From the NCBI GenBank assembly GCA_050874585.1, contig JBNMKZ010000005.1, forward strand, positions 4,199-68,198: a stretch of 64,000 nt of DNA, given 5' to 3'. Below, one piece after another: positions 50,664-60,753 of this stretch. Position 1 is the stretch's first letter. Each line of letters begins with the position of its first letter. The position numbers and the translations under genes are program-made. Origin of the DNA: Verrucomicrobiota bacterium. Lineage in GTDB: Bacteria > Verrucomicrobiota > Kiritimatiellia > RFP12 > UBA1067. Below the pieces are notes generated by a model. The model did not search any database. It was not told the origin of the DNA and saw only the letters and a program-made list of their open reading frames with translations.

Positions 50664-50683
50664 CCGCGCCCATTGGGCGGACA

Positions 50684-51805
50684 CTATTCCGCGTCAAGTT
50701 GGGTCGTCCAGTTGACGTCATACTCCGCCGCACGGTAGGTCTTGCCGGCGCAGTCGACGACACCGACGAATGTGCAGGAACCCGCCACACCCTGTCCGCC
50801 GGGTTTAATCCAAAAGAGCGCCAGATACTGCCGATAGTTCGTCTTGTCGTAGACCGGATTGTACGGGGCTTCGCCAAGCCCCAGCTGGTTGCGGACGCAC
50901 TCCGCGTTCTTGCCGATACCGAACGCCAGCAGTTTCGGGGACGGGGTCTTTTTGCCGCGTGAGGCCTTCGCCTCAACGAGGCTCTTCGCATAGGCCTCCG
51001 TCGGGGCACTGTTCGTCAGCCCGAGGTCGTATCCAAGGTCCTTGTAGATAGAGGATGTAGGAATGACCACCGCCACCGGCGTACCGTTCGTGACATAGGC
51101 GGGATAGAATGCGCTCATGTCCGGACGAAAGCCAGGGCCGCCGCCCTGAATCTCAAGTCCATCCCGCGAGCAGGCGATGCCCGTCCCGTTGTAGTTCTCG
51201 ATAACCGCCGTGCAATAACCGCCGCGTGAAGAGCCGTAGGCCTGCGCCGTGGAGGGGTTGTGGTAGTAGAGCGTCGTAATGCCGGCGTTCTTGAGCAACG
51301 CGACCTCCGTCTCCGTCAGGTAGTAGATGCCGAGGGATGAATAAAGCCCCGTCGTGCGCATCCCCTTATTCTTCTCCATCGCCTCCACGAGTTCGGGCGT
51401 ACGGCCGCTTCCCTCGCCATTGGCGTTCAATATCGCCTGGAGAACCTTCCAGGAACCGTCGTAGATGCCCAAGCCCCCATTCACCGTCCGCGCATCACAG
51501 GCCGTCTGCGACCAGGTGCCGAAGTCGACTCTACCCTCGGATCCGAGACGGACACCATCCGCCGACACGTCAATGAGCGAATCAAAACCCTTGAACCGTT
51601 CGGCCGTGCCCTGCTCGACATGAATGGCATCGTAAGTGGCAAGCGCGTGGTAAATGCGCTTGATGTTCGCAAGATTCATCTTTTTCGCCTGAATCTCACG
51701 GATGTTCCCATAGTTATGAATCCCGATGACCGCCACAAAGGCAAGAATCGCGATTACGATAATCAGTTCAATCAGTGTAAAACCACGCCGTCCTTCCGTC
51801 TTCAT
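50684..51805 (-). CDS. Large (373-aa) prepilin-type N-terminal cleavage/methylation-domain protein: pilin/pseudopilin-like with an extended C-terminal globular region
   Basis: MKTEGRRG|FTLIELIIVIAILAFVAVI is a class III signal. The ATG at 51803-51805 is preceded by AAGAGGAGG. Confidence 0.7.
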   Translation of the reverse strand: MKTEGRRGFTLIELIIVIAILAFVAVIGIHNYGNIREIQAKKMNLANIKRIYHALATYDAIHVEQGTAERFKGFDSLIDVSADGVRLGSEGRVDFGTWSQTACDARTVNGGLGIYDGSWKVLQAILNANGEGSGRTPELVEAMEKNKGMRTTGLYSSLGIYYLTETEVALLKNAGITTLYYHNPSTAQAYGSSRGGYCTAVIENYNGTGIACSRDGLEIQGGGPGFRPDMSAFYPAYVTNGTPVAVVIPTSSIYKDLGYDLGLTNSAPTEAYAKSLVEAKASRGKKTPSPKLLAFGIGKNAECVRNQLGLGEAPYNPVYDKTNYRQYLALFWIKPGGQGVAGSCTFVGVVDCAGKTYRAAEYDVNWTTQLDAE

Positions 51806-51904
51806 GGAATCGAATGCCTCCTCTTGATGAGTCATAGTTACCTACCTGCCTTTTTGAACGCCGCGTACGGTCCGGCGGTTCACCCGTTTGCCTTCCGCCA
51901 GTTT

Positions 51905-52885
51905 CTACAGTTCCTTGACGATCTGCTGGGCCGCCCGGACGGTGTTGCCTTCGCCATCCAGCACGCCAACGAACTCCGGCACAACCGACGCGGCCCCCGA
52001 GACCGTCCGTAACCTGAACAACAGGACATACCGACGATAGTAGTGCTTCGGCATAAAGGTGCCGAACGGCGCGGCATCCAGCCCCGCCCGAACGTTGCCG
52101 ACAATCGTCGCCTCGTCCCCCAAACCGAAAGCCACAATCGGTCCGCCCGTCAAGGCGACATCTTCCTTCGCCTCGCTGTCCGAATATTCCGCGTCCGTCT
52201 CGTATCGCGCCAGCAGATCCTGTCCGCAGGCGCGGTAGATGGCGCGGCCGCGATTCGTCTTCGGATTGATGGCGGCGACATACATCTCGTTCGTCAGATT
52301 GCGGATAACGCAGGCGGACTGCTCGGGGTCGAGTCCGTTGCGCACGGTCGGGATGCCGCCGTCATCCCCGATGCCGTAGAGACGGTACGCCGTCTGCGCC
52401 TCCTCATCCGCCAAATTGGCGTAAAGGTCGTGAAAGGCGAGGTGCCGCAACCCGAGCCGAAGAACCAGGCCCTCGACTTCCACCCGGCTAAGCGAATAAA
52501 GGCACAGGACATCCGTCAGGTTAGGCGAAAGCCCCCGATTGCGTTCGGCAACCGCTTCGGGCGGTGGCGTGCCAAGGTCAGTCGGCCCACGGTAGAACCC
52601 ACCCGAAACCAAGTTCGTGACGATTGTCGCGCCAAACCCGTCACCAGCCCCGCGCTCGATTCCTCCGACCCGCGCTCCAAGAAGCGCGTCCAGGCGATTC
52701 AGGCGATTGCCCTCAATTGAAAGGAATCCCTCAACGCCGCGTTCGACCGCCTTCTGATTGGCAATCGACACCCGTCGGGCGGAGGACTCCTTGAGTCCGC
52801 CGACCTTGTTGACGGCCAAGGTTGAGATAATGGCGATGATGGCGATGACCATCAGCAGTTCAATAAGCGTAAATGCCTTCTTCAT
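51905..52885 (-). CDS. Large (326-aa) prepilin-type N-terminal cleavage/methylation-domain protein
   Basis: MKKA|FTLIELLMVIAIIAIISTLAV. The RBS AGAGAGGA is upstream. Confidence 0.7.
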   Translation of the reverse strand: MKKAFTLIELLMVIAIIAIISTLAVNKVGGLKESSARRVSIANQKAVERGVEGFLSIEGNRLNRLDALLGARVGGIERGAGDGFGATIVTNLVSGGFYRGPTDLGTPPPEAVAERNRGLSPNLTDVLCLYSLSRVEVEGLVLRLGLRHLAFHDLYANLADEEAQTAYRLYGIGDDGGIPTVRNGLDPEQSACVIRNLTNEMYVAAINPKTNRGRAIYRACGQDLLARYETDAEYSDSEAKEDVALTGGPIVAFGLGDEATIVGNVRAGLDAAPFGTFMPKHYYRRYVLLFRLRTVSGAASVVPEFVGVLDGEGNTVRAAQQIVKEL

Positions 52886-52914
52886 CTAATCCTCTCTTTC
52901 TTTTCGAATACCCG

Positions 52915-55101
52915 TCACTTGACAATGTTGGTGATGTCATCGAGAACATTCCGCTCGGGCGCCGAACCATCATCCTTCTTGAAGATGCCCATATTGGGTC
53001 GACCGTCGGCCGTCGGGTGCGCCGACAGTGCCTTCAACAGCTCTTCCGAGATGCGCCCGCCTTCATAGGGCGTTGAAATGACGTGCGGCCGAATGAGCAC
53101 GATGAGTTCCGTCCGTTGCTTGCCCTTCTCGGTGCCGCGGAAGAGCCATCCCAGCAAGGGAATCGACCCCAGAATGGGCGTTCGTGTGTAAATTTCCTTT
53201 TCCGTCTCGCGGATAAGGCCGCCAGCCATCACCGTCATGCCGTCCTTGGCGACGAACGTGCCCGTGAGGGAACGCGAGTAGACGACATCCACTGCCGTTT
53301 GGGCCACCGGCTCAACGCTCCCGGATGTGTAAATTGGAATCTTGCCGCCATTTTCCTGTACTTCCGAATTCTCCTGCAGGAGCCTCAAAGTCACCGTCTT
53401 GTCGGAATTGATGTTCGGCGTAATCAGTAGCATCGTGCCGACATCCTGATACTCGAACTCTGTCGCCGGCGCCGTCACGGTCTGCCGTTCGCCAATGACG
53501 ACCTGACCGGAAATGCCCTTGACAATCGGATGCTCGTGGCCGTCGAAGATGCGGGAGACCTCGTTGTTGGCGACCAAAAGCGTTGGCGTGGCAAGCGTCT
53601 TGACCTTGCCATCCTTCTGGAGCAGCTGAATGCGTGCGGCGATGTTGCGGCTTACGACCTGGAAGCTCATCGCCCCCGCAATCGTCGGCTCCGAGGCAAC
53701 GGGCGAGAACCCAGGGAAGCCAGCCAGCACATTGTTCGCCGGATAGACCTGGTTGCCGTTGGCATCCGTCCCCGAAACCGTCAGGTTCTTCTCTCGATTG
53801 AAGCTGTAGCTGAACTCCGCCTCGTAATCGTCCGTAATGTCCAGTTCGAGGACCTTGACCTCCATCAGAACCATCGGTGTCGGAACGTCCAGCTTCTTCA
53901 CGAGCGACCGAATCTCGTCCATCACGCGGACATCACTCGTCCGTACGACGAGCATATTGTTCTTGCGCGACAGCGTCACGAAAATATTCGCCGAACCAGG
54001 ATGAGAGAGACCGTAGACTTCGTCAAACTCATTCGTCGCTCCCGTCTGATAGGCCGACTCAAGGCGCTTTGCATCCGCCGTCGTCAGAATGTTGTTCAAC
54101 GAGTTGAACCGCCGCCGCGCACGCGGATTGATCTGGTCCCATTGCGAAAGACGCGAAAACGCATTGCCGCGGCTGAACGAGAATGTTCCAGACCCCGTGC
54201 GGGAGCTGGTGGACGAGGCCCGCGTCGTGTTCATCTCAAGGAAGGTCGACCCGCCGTTCTCATCCAGCACGCGGAAGCGGCGGAACCGCCGCGAGAGATC
54301 GTTTTCATCGTCCTCATCCAGTTCTTCCTCTCCAAGCGAAAGGAGCGTACGGTCTGGATAGAGTCCATAGATGACGCTGGCGACCTCGATGACATTCGGA
54401 TAGAGAAGCGTAAATGTCTCCGTCGCCTCCTCGCGAAAGGACGTCAAGTTGTCGTTATACTCCTTCATCGTCGTAATGCGGATGACGGACCCATTCGGCT
54501 CGCGGCGGAACCAAAGTCCCGTTGCGCGGCAGATTTCCTCGACCGCCGCATCCGCCGAGACATTGCGCAGAAAGATCGAGACCGTCTTGTCGGCGGTTGC
54601 GTCGGAGGCGGAAATGTTCACGCCCGCCTGGTCCGCCACCAGGCGCATCAGCAAGCCGATGGGAACGGATTCGCATTCCAGGTAACGGATAAATTCAGTT
54701 GGTGCATTCGTGGGAGCCGCGAGCGGCGAATAAGTTCCAGCAAGGAAGAACCCGTTCGTACCCGATGCCGAGGCGAGTTCGACCCCTCTCACCGTTACCG
54801 ATCGAATGTCCACATCAAGGCGTACGCCGTTCACCGTTTCCGGCAGAACGCTCCCCTGCCGGACAATGGTCGCCTGCTCGGGGCTTCGTCCAACGAGAGC
54901 CACGCCCTCGTCTCCACGCCCAATGACCAGGGCATGAAGCCTCATCGCATCCGAGCCAGCCAGTTCCCGCGTCAGGTGTTCGGCCATCGCCTCCACGGGA
55001 CGAGTCGGATCGGACGATTCCGCAGAAAGTCCCGCCATTCCAAGCAGGCACGCCATCGCGAACAACCCAAACCGACCAATTTTCTGTCTTTTCCGTTCCA
55101 T
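52915..55101 (-). CDS. gspD: Secretin, GspD/PilQ family
   Basis: Signal peptide. The C-terminal secretin domain has ..GQVVIGERQT..TPILGSIPLLGWLFRGTEKGKQRTELIVLIRPHVI.. 728 aa. Confidence 0.8.
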   Translation of the reverse strand: MERKRQKIGRFGLFAMACLLGMAGLSAESSDPTRPVEAMAEHLTRELAGSDAMRLHALVIGRGDEGVALVGRSPEQATIVRQGSVLPETVNGVRLDVDIRSVTVRGVELASASGTNGFFLAGTYSPLAAPTNAPTEFIRYLECESVPIGLLMRLVADQAGVNISASDATADKTVSIFLRNVSADAAVEEICRATGLWFRREPNGSVIRITTMKEYNDNLTSFREEATETFTLLYPNVIEVASVIYGLYPDRTLLSLGEEELDEDDENDLSRRFRRFRVLDENGGSTFLEMNTTRASSTSSRTGSGTFSFSRGNAFSRLSQWDQINPRARRRFNSLNNILTTADAKRLESAYQTGATNEFDEVYGLSHPGSANIFVTLSRKNNMLVVRTSDVRVMDEIRSLVKKLDVPTPMVLMEVKVLELDITDDYEAEFSYSFNREKNLTVSGTDANGNQVYPANNVLAGFPGFSPVASEPTIAGAMSFQVVSRNIAARIQLLQKDGKVKTLATPTLLVANNEVSRIFDGHEHPIVKGISGQVVIGERQTVTAPATEFEYQDVGTMLLITPNINSDKTVTLRLLQENSEVQENGGKIPIYTSGSVEPVAQTAVDVVYSRSLTGTFVAKDGMTVMAGGLIRETEKEIYTRTPILGSIPLLGWLFRGTEKGKQRTELIVLIRPHVISTPYEGGRISEELLKALSAHPTADGRPNMGIFKKDDGSAPERNVLDDITNIVK

Positions 55102-55116
55102 CCGTTTCTCCTCTTC

Positions 55117-56328
55117 TCAATTCGTTCCGGCCATGGCAAACAGGGCCATGAAAAACGCCACGTACACAAAGCCGACGATGCCACCCGTAATGCAGATTGT
55201 CACGGGTTCGATGAGCAATCCAAAGCGTTTCACCGCAAGCGCAAGCAGCATCTCATGGAATCGCGCCGTCTCGCCAAAGATCTCGGGCAATGTTCCCGTC
55301 ACCTCACCGACGGCCGCCATCCGCCGCAGCATCGGCGTAAACTCGACGGCCGGGCTGAGACTGTCGGCAAGCGTTCCGCCGCGCAGGACAATTTCATGCG
55401 CCGTCTCAATGCGCCGCCTGAACCGGCGATTGGACATGAGCCGCGCACCCGTCGTCAGCGAATCAAGAAGCGTCATGCCCGACTCGGTCATCATCTGCAT
55501 CGACCGCGCAAAAAGTGCCGTCCCGGCCAGCCGAAGAATTCGCCCTGTCACCGGCAGACGCAGAAGAAAGGCATCCTCCATTTCGCGTCCGCCGCGCAGT
55601 AGACGCAGAAGTGCCCAACCACCCAAGATGCCGCCCACGGCAATCAGAATCGTGATGCCATGGACATTCACCCAATCGGAGACATCTACCAGCAGCTGGG
55701 TCATCGCCGGAAGTGCCGCGCCGCCCGACACAAGAAATTCCGCAACCTTCGGTATCACGGCAATCACGAGATATGCGCTGACACCAATCGCCATCAGCAC
55801 GGCAATAATTGGATAGACCAGCGCATTCACAACAGACGAACGGAGATTTCGCCGCGCCTCCAACTGATCCGCCGCACGGGTAATCGCATACTCAAGTTCA
55901 CCCGACCGCTCCCCTACCTCACCAAGGCGGATGACTATTTCGGGGAAACGCCCTTTCCCCTCCGAGAGCGCCTCCGCAAACGAATGCCCGTGGATAATCG
56001 ACTCCCGGACTCGCCTCCATGTCCGCCGCGCACGAGGCGATGCCGACTGCTCCTCAACCGTTGAAAGCGCACTGACCAGCGTCACGCCGCTACGCAGCAT
56101 GGCGGCCAACTGCCGCAGTCCCATTTCGATGTCAAAGGTCGTCATCGGCTTCAGCCATGACCAGTGCCACGGGCCGGGCAGGCCGTCTGAATCGGAAACC
56201 GTTTCAACACCGATGACGAGCAGTCGCTCCGCCCTGAGGCTTTCCATAAGGGCCGTGCGGGAATCCGCCTCACGCGAATCCGTCCGCGTGAGACCAGCAG
56301 AATCTCGTACTCGAACCCTGAAGCGCAT
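55117..56328 (-). CDS. gspF: GspF/PilC-family inner-membrane platform protein
   Basis: Two GspF repeats and three TM helices. Its ATG overlaps the gspE stop (ATGA). Confidence 0.8.
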   Translation of the reverse strand: MRFRVRVRDSAGLTRTDSREADSRTALMESLRAERLLVIGVETVSDSDGLPGPWHWSWLKPMTTFDIEMGLRQLAAMLRSGVTLVSALSTVEEQSASPRARRTWRRVRESIIHGHSFAEALSEGKGRFPEIVIRLGEVGERSGELEYAITRAADQLEARRNLRSSVVNALVYPIIAVLMAIGVSAYLVIAVIPKVAEFLVSGGAALPAMTQLLVDVSDWVNVHGITILIAVGGILGGWALLRLLRGGREMEDAFLLRLPVTGRILRLAGTALFARSMQMMTESGMTLLDSLTTGARLMSNRRFRRRIETAHEIVLRGGTLADSLSPAVEFTPMLRRMAAVGEVTGTLPEIFGETARFHEMLLALAVKRFGLLIEPVTICITGGIVGFVYVAFFMALFAMAGTN

Positions 56329-57485
56329 CAGTCGCCCACCGCCTTGATGACTTCCGCAATGGATGTCACCCCTTCCAAAACCTTTGTCTGCGCATCCATT
56401 CGCATAGGAAGGAACTCCTGCTCGCCCATGGCTGGCTCATACAGTTCAAAGAGTCCGATGCGCCCGACATAACCGCGACCACCGCAATCCACGCATCCCC
56501 GCGCACGAAAAAGGCGCATCCCCGGTGTGCGATTCAATCCCAGGGCAACGAGTTCGGCATCGGTCGGTTCGTAGGCTTCGCGGCACTTCGGACACAGCCG
56601 ACGAACAAGCCGCTGAGCCACCGAAAGTCTGAGCGTCGCTGCGGCCAGGCTCGGGTCAAGCCCCATGTCGACAAGTCGCGTCACCGTGGACTTCGCGTCA
56701 TTCGTATGGAGCGTCGAGAGAACCAGGTGTCCGGTCAGTGCCGCCTTGACGGCGGCATCAAGCGAGTCTGAATCGCGAACTTCACCAATCATGACGACAT
56801 CGGGATCATGCCGGAGGAGCGACTTTAACGCCTTGGCGAAATTGACCTTGTCGGCGGAATCGACCTCGGCCTGCGCAACACCCGCAATCTCATACTCAAT
56901 CGGGTCCTCCACCGTAATGATATTCAGCGAATCCCGCTTCATAAGCTCATTGATTGCCGCATAGAGCGTCGTCGTCTTTCCGCTCCCCGTCGGGCCTGTC
57001 AGCAGAACAAGGCCAAACGGTCGGCGAAGCACCTTGTCAAAGAGGGCGCGATCGTATGCGGACATCCCGAGATCATCCATCGACAGCCGCCGTCCACCAA
57101 CTTCCAGCAGACGGAGCGTGATGCGCTCACCATGCCTAACGGGAAGCGTCGCCATTCGGATGTCGAGCGGCGGTTGATTAAAGGCCCCAATCCCAGACGG
57201 TCGCCAGGTAAATCCACCATCCTGCGGCGCCCGACGCTCGGCGATGTCAAGCGACGAAAGAACCTTCAGTCGGCTCGTCAACGAACTTTGCATGGACGCC
57301 GGAACGCGTAGGACTTCCTCCAATTCCCCATCAATACGAAACCGAACGCGCACCGAGTCGGCAAGCGGGTCGATATGCACATCCGAGGCATGAAGGAATA
57401 GGCCCGCCCGAAGAATCCGATCGACGAGTTGAACGCTGTCTGTCAGCGTCTCGGCGTGTGCAAGGAGCTGTTCAGCTGAAAGCAT
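56328..57485 (-). CDS. gspE: GspE/PilB-family secretion ATPase (short form, 385 aa)
   Basis: Walker A GPTGSGKTT and Walker B/Asp box. Tetracysteine C-P-K-C..C-V-D-C-GG-RG. It overlaps the pilT-like gene by 14 nt. Confidence 0.8.
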   Translation of the reverse strand: MLSAEQLLAHAETLTDSVQLVDRILRAGLFLHASDVHIDPLADSVRVRFRIDGELEEVLRVPASMQSSLTSRLKVLSSLDIAERRAPQDGGFTWRPSGIGAFNQPPLDIRMATLPVRHGERITLRLLEVGGRRLSMDDLGMSAYDRALFDKVLRRPFGLVLLTGPTGSGKTTTLYAAINELMKRDSLNIITVEDPIEYEIAGVAQAEVDSADKVNFAKALKSLLRHDPDVVMIGEVRDSDSLDAAVKAALTGHLVLSTLHTNDAKSTVTRLVDMGLDPSLAAATLRLSVAQRLVRRLCPKCREAYEPTDAELVALGLNRTPGMRLFRARGCVDCGGRGYVGRIGLFELYEPAMGEQEFLPMRMDAQTKVLEGVTSIAEVIKAVGD

Positions 57486-58584
57486 GGCGGATGCGCTCCT
57501 TCAACTGTTCCGGATTCTTCGAATTGGCGAGTGCCGTGCGCTCGTCAATCAGGCCCGATACGCACAGCGCACACAGGGACTGGTCCATCGTCTTCATGCC
57601 GACGGCCGCCCCCGTCTCAATCTGTGAATAAAGTTGGGGTGTCCGCCCCGTGGCAATCAAATTGCCGACGGCCGGCGTATTGACGAGAAGTTCGCAGGCG
57701 AGGCAACGGCCTGAGCCATCCTGCCGCGCCAGGAGCCGTTGCGCAAAAATGCCGCGCAAGACGAGTGCCAACTGGCGACGGATGCTATTCTGCTCGTCGG
57801 ATGGGAAGACCGAGACAAGCCGCTCAACCGCCCCGGCACAGTCCCCCGCATGAAGAGTTGTAAAGACTAGATGCCCCGTCTCCGCCGCCCGAAGGGCCGT
57901 GCGAATCGTATCCAGGTCTCGAATCTCACCGACGAGAATGACATCCGGATCCTGTCGAAGCGATTCGACGAGCGCAGCATTGAAACTCCGCGCATCTCGC
58001 CCGACCTGTCGCTGACTGATGAAACACCGCGCCGGCTTGTGAACGTACTCAATCGGATCCTCGATCGTAATCACGTGTCCATAGCGCGTACTGTTGATTC
58101 GGTCAAGCACCGTCGCCAGCGTCGTGGACTTGCCACTACCCGTCGCGCCCGTAACGACGACAAGCCCATTGAGTTCGGAACAGAAGTCCTCAAGGCGACG
58201 CGGCAATCCCAGCTCCGCGAATGACCTGAACTTCGAATCTAACCGCCGAAGGGCAATCGCGTGCCGCGACGACTCGCAGAAGATGTTGAACCGGTAGCGA
58301 ATGCCAGCCGGACTGGTCAGTGCGCCATCCAGCGCACCTTCCCGATTTAGCAGGAGACGGACTTTCTCCGTGCCATCCGGGCAGCCAATCGGCAATGTCC
58401 ATAGCCCGAGCTCCATCACCAGCGCGTCAACCGCCCGCATATCGTATGCACTCAGCCCCCCCCTCTCGACCAAACTGCCGCGAATGCGGAAGCGCGGACG
58501 CTGCCCCACCATCAAGTGAATGTCACTCGCCTCGAACTCCTCGCCCAACGCCAGCAAATTCTTCAATTGTTCACTCATTCCCAT
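57472..58584 (-). CDS. pilT: PilT-family retraction-type ATPase
   Basis: GATGSGKST, GHVITIEDPIEYVH, ILVGEIRD and AAETGHLVFTTLHA. It has no Cys4 motif. The fit to the canonical PilT architecture is close. 370 aa. Confidence 0.75.
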   Translation of the reverse strand: MGMSEQLKNLLALGEEFEASDIHLMVGQRPRFRIRGSLVERGGLSAYDMRAVDALVMELGLWTLPIGCPDGTEKVRLLLNREGALDGALTSPAGIRYRFNIFCESSRHAIALRRLDSKFRSFAELGLPRRLEDFCSELNGLVVVTGATGSGKSTTLATVLDRINSTRYGHVITIEDPIEYVHKPARCFISQRQVGRDARSFNAALVESLRQDPDVILVGEIRDLDTIRTALRAAETGHLVFTTLHAGDCAGAVERLVSVFPSDEQNSIRRQLALVLRGIFAQRLLARQDGSGRCLACELLVNTPAVGNLIATGRTPQLYSQIETGAAVGMKTMDQSLCALCVSGLIDERTALANSKNPEQLKERIRHAFS

Positions 58585-58602
58585 TTTCCAACACCCCTCC
58601 CT

Positions 58603-59196
58603 TCAAAGCCAAATGGACAAGTTCCACCGCCCACGCGACCCCTCCGTCATTTCAAGACGCTCCGGCACAACCGCCATTTTCAGGATCTCGAACCGTTCAA
58701 GGGCCTTCACGACCTGCGGGTAGCGTCCCTCAACGGAAAAGACTCGGAGGATCGGTTGCTCACAGGCTCCCGCCGCCTTCAGTCGTTCGCCGCCAATGGA
58801 CGCGTGGGCATCGCCTGCCCAGGACAATCCTTCGCCGCGCTCCTCCACTGAGCTGGAAGTGACGGACGTGACGAGCAGCCCGCTCGCCCGAAGGACTGAC
58901 AAAACGCCGCGCTCGCGCTCGGCCTGCGGAACCCCACCGACCGTTCTGACCTGAACGGTTGGTGGCGGCATCTTTCGCTCGGCCGCAAGCTCCTCCTCCG
59001 CGCTCGCCAATTCCCGGCGGGCCTTCGCCATCTCAAACGCGAAGTTTTCTTCTGAAACAAGCGTTGCCTGCCGCCGCTCAAGTTCACCGATGCGACGCAC
59101 GGCATCCGTACGCCACCCAAACCAATAAACTGCCGCGACCGCAAGCGGGAACGCCACGGCAAGAAAAACCAAGTCTTTTGTCCTGACTTCAATCAT
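58603..59196 (-). CDS. GspM/PilO-like bitopic protein (TM, coiled coil, periplasmic domain)
   Basis: A single TM helix (LVFLAVAFPLAVAAVYWF) is followed by a coiled coil. The call rests on position in the operon and architecture only. Confidence 0.4.
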   Translation of the reverse strand: MIEVRTKDLVFLAVAFPLAVAAVYWFGWRTDAVRRIGELERRQATLVSEENFAFEMAKARRELASAEEELAAERKMPPPTVQVRTVGGVPQAERERGVLSVLRASGLLVTSVTSSSVEERGEGLSWAGDAHASIGGERLKAAGACEQPILRVFSVEGRYPQVVKALERFEILKMAVVPERLEMTEGSRGRWNLSIWL

Positions 59197-59950
59197 GGTT
59201 CAGCACACATTCAAATGTTGTCAATGGGCCTGTGCCGTGCGCGGCAATCGGCCCCGGCTCAAGAATCCATCCGCAAGCCGCGCCCCGCGTTGACAGGATG
59301 GACATCGTCTCTGCGGCGGCATCGGCCGAAAGTGCCGCCGCTCGAAGCACCATCTGCCGCGGGCCTCCAGCCATCGACTCCACAACTGCCCGCTCACCAC
59401 AAGCCGTTGCAATTTCCATCAGAATCTCGCGATAGGCCGAACGCAATTGCGCCACTTCGTCCTGAGCCCGCTCCATGGCTTGTCTCCCCGAGCGGATGAG
59501 CCGGGCCTCCTCGCGTTTCTGCCGCGCCGCCGTGCGAATGCCACTAACCTGCGAATCAAGAATCCCCTGCCGCGCAACAATCCGCCCGAGGCGGCTCCGA
59601 TTCCAGGACTGCCATGCAAAATCCGCGCCCACGAGCAGAAGGACGAGTGCGCCAACAACCAGGGCTGGCCTCAGCCAACGCCCAAAATCGCCGCGTCCAA
59701 CGCGCCGCCCCACCCGCCGACGCACGACGACGTCATAAACCCGCACGGATGGGTCGTCCTCTTCGACTGGCTCATATCTGACCTCTGCCACATCCGCCGT
59801 GATACCCGAAAACGGCTCAACCTCATAGGCAAGTGCCGCCGCCAATTCATCTGGGCGAAGTCCCTCGACCTGTACGGCCGCCAACCGCACCCGCTGGCGA
59901 AAGGCCTGCGGATCGTTCATGATGTCGTCTTTCTCTCGCTCTTTCGTCAT
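59189..59950 (-). CDS. GspL/PilN-like bitopic protein
   Basis: A cytoplasmic N-terminus is followed by one TM helix (ALVVGALVLLLVGADFAW) and a periplasmic domain. The call rests on position in the operon only. Confidence 0.35.
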   Translation of the reverse strand: MTKEREKDDIMNDPQAFRQRVRLAAVQVEGLRPDELAAALAYEVEPFSGITADVAEVRYEPVEEDDPSVRVYDVVVRRRVGRRVGRGDFGRWLRPALVVGALVLLLVGADFAWQSWNRSRLGRIVARQGILDSQVSGIRTAARQKREEARLIRSGRQAMERAQDEVAQLRSAYREILMEIATACGERAVVESMAGGPRQMVLRAAALSADAAAETMSILSTRGAACGWILEPGPIAAHGTGPLTTFECVLNHD

Positions 59951-60753
59951 GGGAGTGGAATCTGAATAAAGTTATCACCCGGGCGAACAACGACCGCGCG
60001 CGCAACGCCCGTAATGCTGTCCTTGAGAATGCGAAGACCCGGTGTCAGGCCTGAGAATATGGCCGGGGTCGGATAACTCACCTCGGCAACAGCTCCCGTG
60101 ATAAGTCCATCAGCGGGGCCATACCACCTATATGAAATGGTGGAATATGAATTTGTTCCAAGCGGAACACCACTGACAATCAGGCGACTCTGCGCCCCAC
60201 CCGATGGAATCAGCGACAGCACCCGCCGATCCGCCACACGTGAGAAAGCCCCATACTGCGCAACCGCCACCGCCGCATTGTTGCTCTCGACAACACGCTC
60301 CAAGCCCGTCTCATCCCTCACCAAGAACTCATTGCCCCATGGATCAAGCAGCCGGGATTTCCCGAAGGGAATCCGCAAATACGGACCGCGCCATCCACTC
60401 GGAACATACACGCTCAAATCTGCCAGCGACTTCGCCCCGACAACAAGATTTTCAGCCCGTGCCTGCACGATGGAAAATGGGCGAGCATTTGCTGGGCAAG
60501 TCCACAATTCCGAGAGCGAATTCGTCTCAAACGCACGCGGCATCCGCCCCATGTCTGCCAAAAAACCAGTCGGTTCCTGTCCCGAAACACCTGGAGCATA
60601 AATACTCGCCTGAATGGACTCCAGTTGACGATTGGCCTCGGACACCAAGCGGTCATCACGAAGCCGACCAAACTCCCGCACGGCCAAGTGCGTCAAGAGC
60701 GCGAGAATGCCCAAAACAACCACCAGTTCAATGAGGGTGAAGGCCCGACTCAC
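59947..60753 (-). CDS. Prepilin-type pseudopilin (minor pilin)
   Basis: MSRA|FTLIELVVVLGILALLTHLAV. Confidence 0.7.
   Translation of the reverse strand: MSRAFTLIELVVVLGILALLTHLAVREFGRLRDDRLVSEANRQLESIQASIYAPGVSGQEPTGFLADMGRMPRAFETNSLSELWTCPANARPFSIVQARAENLVVGAKSLADLSVYVPSGWRGPYLRIPFGKSRLLDPWGNEFLVRDETGLERVVESNNAAVAVAQYGAFSRVADRRVLSLIPSGGAQSRLIVSGVPLGTNSYSTISYRWYGPADGLITGAVAEVSYPTPAIFSGLTPGLRILKDSITGVARAVVVRPGDNFIQIPLP

Noticed and set aside
49937-50683. Candidate known ncRNAs (SRP RNA, tmRNA, RNase P RNA, 6S) in the 750-bp gap, and small ORFs 50155..50484 and 50252..50515
   Set aside because: I could not find the conserved SRP domain IV, the tmRNA tRNA-like ends or the RNase P P4 sequences by eye. 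The ORFs are low-complexity with no RBS. The region is reported as an uncharacterised regulatory/ncRNA candidate, not a specific RNA.
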